21,614 nt of DNA from Octopus sinensis (taxonomy: Eukaryota), in NCBI RefSeq assembly GCF_006345805.1, contig NW_021823711.1, forward strand, positions 1 to 21,614, given 5' to 3'. Of this stretch, positions 10,357 through 19,710 are shown one piece after another (the first letter of the stretch is position 1; the number at the start of each line of letters is the position of its first letter). A program made the position numbers and the translations under genes. The notes under the pieces are model-generated. The model saw only the letters and a list, made by a program, of their open reading frames with translations, was not told the origin of the DNA and did not search any database.

Positions 10357-10750
10357 TCTATCTTTATATATAAAGCTGAAGTTGTCTGTGTATGGCAAGT
10401 TTGGTAGCTTTCAACTAACAGTATCTCCTCCGAGACCCTGTGGCGCAAGTTGCTCAAAATTGAGAGTATAATAGAAGAAGGCTTGTTCTTCCTTCCGTGG
10501 AAGAAAAAATTCAAATCAGACCATGTTAACACCAAAAATTGTTTACATCAAAAGGTGCTTTTTTTTCTATGAAAATCCCTATTTTTTACGAATTTTTGAC
10601 TGCTATGTCGCCATTTTTCGGTGTATTTCAGCCAGAAAAATGTTCACTTAAAGAGAATAACAAGCTACATAATGCAACATTTTTACTTTTCAAAGATTCC
10701 AATTCTAAAGGGTCGGAACAAACCCAAGCAACGCCGGGCGATACTGCTAG
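10357..10750 (+). mobile_element. Non-autonomous Helitron
   Basis: Starts TCTATCTTTATATATAAAG after A10356 and ends CTAG before T10751. Subterminal hairpin CCCAAGC-AAC-GCCGGG (10723-38) lies 8 nt before CTAG. No TSD, as expected for a Helitron. Confidence 0.8.
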
Positions 10751-11532
10751 TATAGTGTTACGTCTGAGCGACCACTCATGTAGGAGGAAGGTTATGAAGA
10801 TTAATACCTCGTTTTATACATCATCCTTTAAATCGAAAAATGTTATTTCAGGTTTCATTTGTCCTAGATATCGTGATCATATGTAGTGTTTTAAATAAGG
10901 GGGCACATTCTCTTCCTTTGAACCCATATTCAGACATTCTTTGTTCCTGTCTAGTTTGTACGAATTTTCTTCCTACCATAATAACAGGAAACTGAAAGAG
11001 TATCTTGGAATTTGGTTTGTGCAAAGCCCTTATCAATGGCCCATAGGTATCCCCTTTCTCCCATATTTACCTGACTACATTGATGTCAAGAGGTCAGCTG
11101 ATTGCCACAACAGTAAATACTTTTCTTTCGTGATCTCATACAGCAATATCTGACCCGTTCTGTTGTTAATATAGAATCTCTTTTAAAATTTCCACTAGGT
11201 TATCTTCGTTATGGCCAAAAGTGGAGCAAAATATTGTGAAAACAATATTTTCCTGGAGCAAAAATGACTTTTTAAAATTTCTAATATTCATCACACTAAC
11301 CCTATAACATTTATAACAGCTTTTACTATTTATATTTATTGATATCAATAACCATCAGTTATTGCCCTCATTTGTATCTCCCTATGCGACCTCGGATCAT
11401 CGGGGATTTAAACATCGTCCGATGCCAATATTTGTTCGTTGCCAACACGACCAGAACCATCCACTAAACTCTTTGCTACGTAACTTCCTTTCTTTCGCAC
11501 AAGGAATATAATCAAAAATAAGTGCCCAACAT

Positions 11533-11562
11533 CACCACCACCACCACCACCACTACCACCTC
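11533..11562. repeat. (CAC)n trinucleotide repeat
   Basis: Direct reading. Confidence 0.9.
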
Positions 11563-11957
11563 CAATTCGTTCCGTAGTTCACCGAGTGCGTAGATGTAAA
11601 GTACTTTGTGTACGGCCCTTGGATAACTTCCAATGCCGTAGTGTGTTTCACAGTTGGAAGCGGGAGCAACAGCACGGGTCACTAAGAACTCGGATGATTT
11701 ATGTCAATTTTTTTTTTCTGCTACAATACGATCCAGCTGATCAATAGTCGATAATTCATTACTCACTCTACTTACTCTGGTCCAGAGATGAAACTAAGAG
11801 GCTGTTTTAAATTTTACTGCATCACTTCACATCACGTGTATACGTGGCTATTCTTACACCATTTGCATATATCGCTATCACATGACATATACACACACAT
11901 GCGCACGCACACACACACACACACATATGTTTTGGAAGGTCTGGATATCTTTCATCC

Positions 11958-12153
11958 TTTACTCGTTTCAGTCATTAGACTGCAGCCATGCTGGAGCATA
12001 GACTTGAATTATTAATCGAATGAATTGACCCAAGTATTTATTTATTTATTTTTTAAGCCTGATACTTATTCCATCGGTTTCCTATGCCAAGCCGCTAGGT
12101 TACGCGGACGTGAACATACCAACAGTGGTTGTCATACACAAACACACACAAAC

Positions 12154-12155
<2 letters not shown>
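11958..12155 (-). mobile_element. Family A variant, 3' half only, reverse
   Basis: GTTTCAGTCATTAGACTGCAGCCATGCTGGAGCA...GATACTTATTCCATCGG...GCCGCTAGGTTACGCGGACGTGAAC. Confidence 0.85.
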
Positions 12156-12188
<33 letters not shown>

Positions 12189-12197
12189 TATATATGC

Positions 12198-12228
<31 letters not shown>

Positions 12229-12279
12229 CATATATATATACAGATATTTTATATACACACACACACACATATATATATA

Positions 12280-12698
12280 GGCGCAGGAGTGGCTGTGTGG
12301 TAAGTAGCTTGCTAACCAACCACATGGTTCCGGGTTCAGTCCCACTGCGTGGCATCTTGGGCAAGTGTCTTCTGCTATAGCCCCGGGCCGACCAATGCCT
12401 TGTGAGTGGATTTGGTAGACGGAAACTGAAAGAAGCCTGTCGTATATATGTATATATATATATATAAGTGTGTGTATATGTTTGTGTGTCTGTGTTTTTC
12501 CCCCTAGCATTGCTTGACAACCGATGCTGGTGTGCTTACGTCCCCGTAACTTAGCGGTTCGGCAAAAGAGACCGATAGAATAAGTACTGGGCTTACAAAG
12601 AATAAGTCCTGGGGGTCGATTTGCTCGACTAAAGGCGGTGCTCCAGCATGGCCGCAGTCAAATGACTGAAACAAGTAAAAGAGTAAAGAGTAAGAGTA
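12280..12698 (+). mobile_element. SINE family A, full length, least diverged copy
   Basis: GGCGCAGGAGTGGCTGTGTGGTAAG head, B-box-like GGTTCAGTCCC, core, (TA)n(GT)n spacer, 3' half and (AAGAGT)n tail. Confidence 0.95.
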
Positions 12699-13892
12699 TA
12701 TTGTTTTTCTCTTGAGGACAAATATCCGTCAAATGTAAATAATGTATATAATTCCTCATCTATTAAATATAGAACTGTATACTATAATATATAGTGACAT
12801 CTGGTGTGGTTAATGTTATAATTTGTAATATAATGTAAATTCATTGAAATTTGGAGAAGAAAAAAAATTTTAACAGTAATAACGAATTTGAAATAAAAGG
12901 GAGATAATTTCAGGAAAATAGCAGTTAGTAGCTGGAAACCTTAAATCGGTGACGAAATCCAAACACCTATTTGTAAAACCTAGGAAAATCACGACTATAT
13001 TGAAAACATAATGCTAAATTGCAAGGGGTTTTGTGTCATACAGACTTTCATACTTTTATATATTTGTGTTTGTATATTTTCATGTTTATGTGTGTGTGTT
13101 TGGTTTTCTAAGCTTCAAGATGTTCTATTTAAAGGCACCGTTGCAAAATAAGCGTCCACATCGCAGAATATCGTGAATATTAAAGTTAAAGTGAGCAGGC
13201 TTTTGTCAGATATTTCCGACGAAATCTTTCTTCCACGAAAGGCTTGGTAAATATATTTGCTCCTATCGTGCAGCAAATTTTATTCCGCACTCCATGAGGG
13301 AAACGGAAGGAAATTTGCTTCACAACAATCGTCAAAATATTAGAGTCTCAGGCCACCTGTGGAGGGTATATCCTTTTATTTAAACTGCATGAACTTTCGG
13401 GACCATAATAGCTTCAATAGACAGCACACTCTGCTGCATGTTAGAGAAACTGCGTATTAAAACTATTACGTTTATAAAAGGTCATTCTTCTTTAGCAAAA
13501 ACAAATATTCATTTTGTATTTACAACATATTGAATCCTTCCATTGAGATGTCTTCTCCTTTATGCATACTTTATTTTTATTCGTTTAAGATCTGTGTTAT
13601 TTAAGTATGCATGCATGGATGTATATATGTGTGTCTGTTGTGTGTAAACGGCAGTAGTTCTGAAGCGACTGAAGGGGAGATTTTCTTGCGCATGGCGCTT
13701 ATCAAAATGGTTTCCAGTTCTCTGGAGATTCGTTTTATATAGCTTGATTTGCATGGGGTTCGGTTTCGTGGATCGGAACTAATAAAACCCGAACATGCTT
13801 TCACAAAGCAACTAAAGATCAAAGTCTTCGTTGGTCTATGGAAATTTTCAGGTTTTTCTTCCTCTTCCTCTCTTGGAAACATAAAAAATAAT

Positions 13893-14103
13893 CCTTTCTA
13901 CTATAGGTACAAGGCCTGAAACTTTGGGGAGGGGAATAGTTGATAACATCGACCCCCAGTGTTTCACTGGTACTTAATTTATCGACACCGAAAGGATAAA
14001 AGGCAAAGACGACCTCGGCGGAATTTGAACTAAAAACGTCAAGGCCGACGAAATCCCGCTCAGCGTTTCGGCCAGCGTGCTAACGATTCTGACAGCTCAC
14101 CGC
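13893..14103 (-). mobile_element. SINE family B, reverse copy
   Basis: ACTGGTACTTAATTTATCGACACCGAAAGGATAAAAGGCAAAGACGACCTCGGCGGAATTTGAAC...GTGCTAACGATTCTGACAGCTCACCGC. Confidence 0.9.
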
Positions 14104-14118
14104 TGTCAGAAACATTAA

Positions 14119-14503
14119 AAACAAGAGCACTTAGGGAGCGCAAGCCTCCGCTGAGGCAACACCAAAGTCCTTTCAACGATTAGCCAGAGATGATTTTTGA
14201 AATGAGAATATCTGAAATAAACTCGACTGCTCTCACAAACGAGAATACTAAAAATGAACCCGACGGGTCTCAGAAATTAATTGAAAAAAAAAAAAAAAAT
14301 ACAGAAAAAATAATTCAGAATTCGTGTCCGGTACCGGATCGATCCCAAAATCTAATCATTTCGTGCTAGTCACGAGGCTAAACATTCTTGAAAGTTTCAA
14401 CCGAATTTATACAGCGGTTCTTGAGTTATCTTGTCCACGGACAAACAAACAAACAAATACTACTGAAAACAATACCTCCGCCTTAGCGAAGCCGGAGGTA
14501 ATA
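14119..14503 (-). mobile_element. DINE-1/HINE-like element, copy 2 (inverted relative to copy 1)
   Basis: Reverse-complement match to 3471-3852 along its length (GGTACCGGATCGATCCCAAAATCTAATCA; GAGAATATCTGAAATAAAC; (CAAA)n), with the same terminal hairpins. Confidence 0.8.
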
Positions 14504-14542
14504 ATAACCATCAATGCTAATCTTTTTTACTTTTTATCTATT

Positions 14543-14665
14543 CCTTGTTTCAGTCATCTAACCGCGGCCATGCTGGGACACTGCCTTCAAGAATTTTTCA
14601 GTCGAATGAATCAAACCCAGCAGTTATTTCTTTGTAAGCCTTCTACTTACTCAATTGGTCTGTTA
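14543..14665 (-). mobile_element. Family A variant tail fragment, reverse
   Basis: TTGTTTCAGTCATCTAACCGCGGCCATGCTGGGACACTGCC...GTCGAATGAATCAAACCCAG. Confidence 0.75.
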
Positions 14666-14763
14666 GGAAATGAAACGCGAGGAAACTGGAAGAGACTCTT
14701 AAGTTTTGGTCTTGTATGAAATAACAAGTATTTAGTTAGGTATATATATTACAACAATATGTA

Positions 14764-15063
14764 GAGGCGCAATGGCCCAGTGGTTAGGGCAGCGGACTCG
14801 CGGTCGTAGGATCGCGGTTTCGATTCCCAAACCGGGCGTTGTGAGTGTTTATTGAACGAAAACACCTAAAGCTCCAGGAGGCTCCGGCAGGGTTTGGTGG
14901 CGATCCCTACTATACTCTTTCACAACAACTTTCTCTCACTCTTTATTCTGTTAGTCTGCTCGCTTAGCCAGCGGGGTGGCGTCATTTGAAGGCTAAAACA
15001 ATGCAAAGCACATTGTGACCAGCGATGTATAACAACATCTGATAGCCTGGTCGGTCACGGTGA
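14764..15063 (+). mobile_element. SINE family C, tail type 2
   Basis: A-box TGGCCCAGTGG and B-box GGTTTCGATTCCC. Same head and body as 9953-10136, but an unrelated 3' part after ~14944. Confidence 0.85.
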
Positions 15064-15630
15064 TCACTGTGATATTACAATATAATAAGATACAATATCC
15101 ATATAATGCGATATGATTACACCATATCAATATAATATATTGCAAAAATGATGCAAAAAAAAAAAAGATATATAATATTTGCTATGAAGCCATTTTATAG
15201 GTGAATATTCAAATGAAATTTTAATTTTGATTTTCAGAAAATATCTTTACTTATCTATCATTAAAGTAATTTTGATACGAAAATTTATTAATAAATTTAT
15301 ATATAATAGCATTTTGCTTAGTTGTGTGAGATATACGAGATAAAAAAAAATACTGTTCTCTGGAACCAGAGAATATTACTTTTCGTTAAGTGAAAAATAT
15401 ACGGGGATACATTTTAATGAGAAATATAGCAGCAAAATAGGTTTATTAGAATTTGACAATAAAGAGATTTTTTGATATTTTATAAGTATTTGAATACAAT
15501 AAAGTGTAAGATGTTTTGATGTGGATACGAAAGATTAGTGAAGGTTGTTTAGAATCTCTGGTCTAAAGAAAGTTCCTGCCAGGATTGAAGTTTTACTTAT
15601 AGATTTATTTGAATCTTTTATAAGTGTATA

Positions 15631-16198
15631 CGAGGTCTGAGAAGAAAGCATCGAGACTGGTGTTATAATAAGAAAACTAAACACATTTATTAATTCGGCA
15701 TTTAATCTATCCTGTTTTCTTTTCGATGTAGTCCCCTTCTGGAGCAGCACAGTTTATTCACTGTTCTTCCTTCCCATTCATGGATGCATTCCTGGAACTC
15801 CCTTTTGAGAATAGCGAGCCGCTGCATCATTGCATTCTCTTCGCTTTCTTCGACGTCTTGAACATTTTCCTTTCAAGTGGGATTTGATTTTTGCCTTACT
15901 TTCGGGGTCACATCCATAGACCCATTAGTCATCACCTCTTACAACTATTTTCAAAAACTTTTAATTTTACTTAACAGATCCAAAGAAATCCGCTGCATTT
16001 TTTTTTCTTTTGAAACGACCACACTCTGCACACTTTATTTGAAGCACTGCTAAAAATGAGAAAAGTGAGAGAGAGAATGTTATAACTTAGGTTGCTAAAG
16101 CGACAGAGTTCAAGATCAATCTAAGCCATAAAGTTCGCTCTGCATACTTTAGCTCCGTTGCCATAGCAACAAGCTCGATATTTTTCGATCAGATCTCG
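15631..16198 (-). mobile_element. Internally deleted mariner (DD34D-type) transposon, 568 bp
   Basis: TA TSD at 15629-30 and 16199-200. TIRs CGAGGTCTGAGAAGAAAGCATCGAG / CGAGATCTGATCGAAAAATATCGAG (18/25). Minus-strand remnants LKIVVRGDD*WVYGCDPESK (first catalytic Asp motif), KIKSHLKG, QDVEESEENAMMQRLAILKREFQECIHEW and CAAPEGDYIEK (mariner C-terminus), with frameshifts. Confidence 0.9.
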
Positions 16199-16527
16199 TA
16201 GATAATATGGAAAAGAAATAATAAAGATTATCGAACTTTAGCTATAATTGAACCTTTACTTTGTCATTTACAATAAAAGCAATGCATTTGAATGATTAAT
16301 AAACTTCTTTTTGACAAAATCAATAAAAAATATACAACTTCAACATGATTCGAACCTGTGACTTAGGCAATAGGTTAAGAAGTAAATGAGTACTTCAATC
16401 ATTTCTAAACCAAACTAAGATGAAAAATGAAGATAAAAAGTGAATTATTCACCGGGAATTAAAAGCAATAGAAGACAAGAAAATGTCACGTGAATTACAA
16501 GCAAATAATATGCAAACACACAAGTCG

Positions 16528-16940
16528 GCCAGTTGGCATAAACGATAGCAAGCCGGGCGAAATGCTTAGCAATGTTTCGTCTGCCGCTGCGTTCTGAGTT
16601 CAAATTCCACCGAGATCAACATTACTTTTCATCTTTTCGGGGTCGATAAATTAAGTACTAGTTGCGTACTGGGGTCGATCTAATCGACTGGCCCCCTCCC
16701 CAAAAATTTCGGGTCTTGTGCCTTGAGTAGAAAGAAAGAAATCCGTCTGTCTTTATGTTCTGAGTTCAAATTCCGCCGAAGTCGACTTTACCTTTCATCC
16801 TTTCGGGATCGATAAATTAAGTACCAGTTGCGTACTGGGGTCGCGATAAATTAGGTAGCAGTTGCGTACTGTAGGTCGGTCTAATCGACTGCCCACTCCC
16901 CCAAAATTTCGGACCTTGTGCCTAGAGTAGAAAAGAATAT
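16528..16940 (+). mobile_element. SINE family B, two head-to-tail modules with a local duplication
   Basis: TTCTGAGTTCAAATTCC...TCGATAAATTAAGTAC...CTGGGGTCG module occurs twice. CGATAAATTA(A/G)GTA(C/G)CAGTTGCGTACTG is duplicated at ~16809-16872. Confidence 0.9.
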
Positions 16941-17121
16941 GGTCTCACACACACACACACACAACACACACACATACACACACACACGCACGCGCTGACC
17001 TATACATGCATATGTAAATAATCTTATATGAATTTCTTTGTCAGTGTATGTGTGTGCGTGTGTGCACCAGCACTCACAGAACGCTTATATACTTATGCTC
17101 ATACTCACACAGACACCCACA

Positions 17122-17161
<40 letters not shown>

Positions 17162-17264
17162 TAGATAGATAGATAGATATACGCGCATTCATACTTGCAA
17201 ATATATATGCCAGGATACTTGAGATCAGGACTACTGGAAGTAATGTTAATGTATAAAAGGTAAA

Positions 17265-18060
17265 AGCGGCGAGCTGGCAGAAACGTTAGCACTCCGGGCA
17301 AAATGCGTAGCCGTATTTCGTCTGCCGTTACCTTCTGAGTTCAAATTCCGTCAAGATCGACTTTGCCTTTCATCCTTTTGGTGTCGATTAAATAAGTACC
17401 AGTTACGCATTGGGGTCGATATAATCGACTTAATCCGTTTGTCTGTCCTTGTTTGTCCTCTCTGAGTTTAGTCCCTTGTGGGTAGTAAAGAAATAGGTAT
17501 TTCGTCTGCCGTTACGTTCTGAGTTCAAATCCCGCAGAGGTCGACTTTGCCCTTCATCCTTTCGGGGTCGATAAAATAAGTACCAGTTGGTAGGTCGATC
17601 TAATCGACTTTCTCCCATCTACCCCCAAAATGTCAGGCTTTGCTGCCTAGAGCAAAAAAAATATTATTCCAGCAGTAACGTCCTTGCGTTCTGAGTTCAA
17701 ATTCAGCCGAGGTCGACTTTGGTTTCGTTATTTGGGGTCGATAAGACGGCGAGCTGGCAGAATCGTTAGGACTCCGGCGAAATGTTTATCACCATTTCGA
17801 CCGTCTTTACATTCTGATTTCAAATTCCTCCAACGCAGTCTTTGTCTTTCATCGTTTTGGGTTCAATAAATTATGTACCAGTTGCGTACTGGGGTGGATG
17901 TAATTTACTAGTCCCTTCCTGCAATATTACAGGCCTTGACCCTTTATAGAGGATTAACTGGGGTCGATAAGTCCCAGTTGAACACTGGTGGCAATGTAAT
18001 CGTCTTAACCCCACCCCTAAGGGAATTACTGGCCTTGTGCTAAAATATGAAACCACTATT
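17265..18060 (+). mobile_element. Head-to-tail cluster of about five family B modules
   Basis: Module starts at ~17265, ~17497, ~17680, ~17744 and ~17955. All are on the + strand with variable divergence. Confidence 0.85.
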
Positions 18061-18071
18061 TATGTATCTAT

Positions 18072-18415
18072 CTGTGTGGTAAGAAACTTGCTTCCCGACC
18101 ACATGGTTCCGGGTTCAGTTCCACTACGTGGCAACTTGGGCAAATATCTTCTACTATAGCCGTGGGCTGACCATAGCCTTGTGAGTGGATCTGGTAGATG
18201 GAAACTGAAAGAAGCCTATATATGTATATGCTTGTGTGTCTGTGTTTGCCTCCGCCCACCATCGCTTAACAAACGACGTTGGTGTGTTTACTTCTCCGTA
18301 ATCTAGCTGTTCGACAAAAGTGACCGATAGAATAAGTACTAAGCTTACAATGAATAACACCCGAGTCCAATTCATTGGCCGCAGTCAAATGACTGAAACA
18401 AGTAAAAGAATAAAA
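18072..18415 (+). mobile_element. SINE family A, near full length
   Basis: CTGTGTGGTAAGAAACTTGCTTCCCGACCACATGGTTCCGGGTTCAG...GGCCGCAGTCAAATGACTGAAACAAGTAAAAGAA. It has an internal deletion in the 3' half. Confidence 0.9.
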
Positions 18416-18429
18416 ATATATATACACAC

Positions 18430-18580
18430 GGCTTATTTCTGTGTTCCTTTCTGTCCAAGAGCGTAGGCTCGAAACGTAAAAGACTTTCTCACTTCCTGAG
18501 AGTTACACGAATACATCTGTTTGTTGTTTACACACACGTCTTCGTCTTTTGTTTTGTTTATTCTTTTGTAATTCCAGCTA
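18430..18580 (+). mobile_element. Probable Penelope-like element 3' end (pseudo-LTR) fragment
   Basis: Carries a minimal hammerhead motif, followed by a T-rich 3' stretch that runs into (TA)n. Family identity is inferred from the ribozyme architecture. Confidence 0.6.
18447..18482 (+). ncRNA. Minimal type I hammerhead ribozyme motif, decayed core
   Basis: Stem I CTTT(18447-50)/AAAG(18479-82). Core CTGTCCA (two deviations from CUGANGA). Stem II GAGC-GTAG-GCTC. GAAA. Palindromic ACGT replaces stem III. Cleavage after A18478. Confidence 0.6.
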
Positions 18581-18621
<41 letters not shown>

Positions 18622-18812
18622 GAGTGTATTTTTTCCTTGTTAACAATTAACACGGAAATAAATAAATAAATAGTTACCAGGGTAGCAAAAATCTCACAAG
18701 TAAAGATGTTGTAACTCCTTGTTTATAAAGGTAGAAACTTCGTGTTTACGTGGAATATTTTGAATAATATATGAATAAATAAATGGAGTTTAACGCAGGT
18801 GTAAATTAAATA

Positions 18813-18908
18813 TTTTTACTTTCGACACATGTTTCGAAAATTCCACTGATACTATTCAAAAGAATAAATGGTATAAACAATGCAATCTTATCCCCAGGAA
18901 AGTGAAAA
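18813..18908 (-). ncRNA. Type I hammerhead ribozyme motif in the PLE 3' UTR, with an A6>G variant
   Basis: Minus strand: stem I ACTTTC/GAAAGT (plus TTTT/AAAA after one mismatch). Core CTGGGGA. Long interrupted stem II (AAGATT/AATTTT, CATTG/CAGTG, ATAC/GTAT, TATTC-TTTT-GAATA). GAAAC-ATGT-GTC. Cleavage between 18824 and 18823. Confidence 0.7.
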
Positions 18909-19104
18909 AAACGAAACCCGTCAATAAGTCATTTTAGGAAAAAATGATGGATTTGTATAGCGTTTGACTGAACGCTATTAATATTGTTTAAAAAAACGTT
19001 ATCTGATGTAACGTCATAAGTAGCTTACAGAAAGAGTAGGGATATTAATAGTGAATGTTAAATATAAAGGAAATTAAAGTTTAAATTATATATAATGATA
19101 GAGA

Positions 19105-19587
19105 CTACTTATATGCACTAAATGTGTGTTGTTGCCAATGTTTACATCTGTATGCTCGCTCTATAACCATGTTTACAAGGGGATTTTTAGAAAAAATAAT
19201 AAAAAATATCTCAGAATTGCAGAGAAGACAGAATTCCTTGCCTTTGTCATAAGGTATCGAAATTGAGAGAATCAACCATTCTAAATGAAATTGTTCTTTG
19301 TGGTCTTTAAAATCCCAAATCAGTTTGCTGAGACCAGTACTATTACGTTTATTTCTATCCCTAAATGTTCAGTAATAGATAGAAATTCTTTTAGATAACA
19401 CTAACGATGTGCTTCCAATGTAAAATCGTACTTTATTGCGAGTACTGATTATACACAGCTATATAGAATATTTAATCTTAGAGTTACTTGACATAAACTT
19501 AATTCTATTGGAATTGACTTCAGATACAATAACCTTGTTATTAATATTTCTAGAGGGTTGGATGGTATTAGCTAAATTAATGTTGTA
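19105..19587 (-). pseudogene. Degenerate GIY-YIG endonuclease domain of a Penelope-like element
   Basis: One frame over 161 codons with two internal stops (19459-61 TAG, 19369-71 TGA): ...KIKYSI*LCIISTRNKVRFYIGSTSLVLSKRISIYY*TFRDRNKRNSTGLSKLIWDFKDHKEQFHLEWLILSISIPYDKGKEFCLLCNSEIFFII...AYRCKHWQQHTFSAYK*. YIG at 19414-22; the LSK.IW, CxLC.xE and C.H motifs are typical of PLE endonucleases. Confidence 0.85.
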
Positions 19588-19619
19588 TTAGTAAATGTAT
19601 TAATATTTACTTATTCATA

Positions 19620-19632
19620 ATATATATATATA

Positions 19633-19687
<55 letters not shown>

Positions 19688-19710
19688 GGATATATATATT
19701 ATATATATAA
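19620..19710. repeat. (TA)n/(TATG)n microsatellite
   Basis: Direct reading. Confidence 0.97.

Larger units (their letters stand above)
18616..19620 (-). mobile_element. 5'-truncated Penelope-like retroelement (endonuclease end plus 3' UTR)
   Basis: Degenerate GIY-YIG coding region followed by a 3' UTR containing a hammerhead. Bounded by (TA)n on both sides. Confidence 0.85.

Noticed and set aside
10941-11153. 70-codon + frame (LYEFSSYHNN...WFVQSPYQWPIG) with possible splice sites at 10955 and 11046
   Set aside because: Weak donor, no recognisable protein similarity, and a similarly long frame on the opposite strand. This is consistent with chance.
12700-12790. TTGAGGA...AAATATCCGTC, possibly a collapsed hammerhead
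   Set aside because: No stem II, no GAAA and no stem I pairing remain.
13130-13460. 63-codon open frame with RQNIRVSGHL, faintly like a PLE endonuclease C-terminus
   Set aside because: No GIY or YIG motif upstream, and the similarity is too short to support.
13751-13798. Imperfect hairpin GCATG..TTCGG.TTT / AAAACCCGAACATGC considered as a pre-miRNA
   Set aside because: Only 48 nt, with a 3-nt bulge and a large loop. Too short and irregular.
16528-18060. Regularly recurring repeat modules resembling a CRISPR array
   Set aside because: The units are long, irregularly spaced SINE modules in eukaryotic DNA, with no constant repeat/spacer periodicity and no cas genes.
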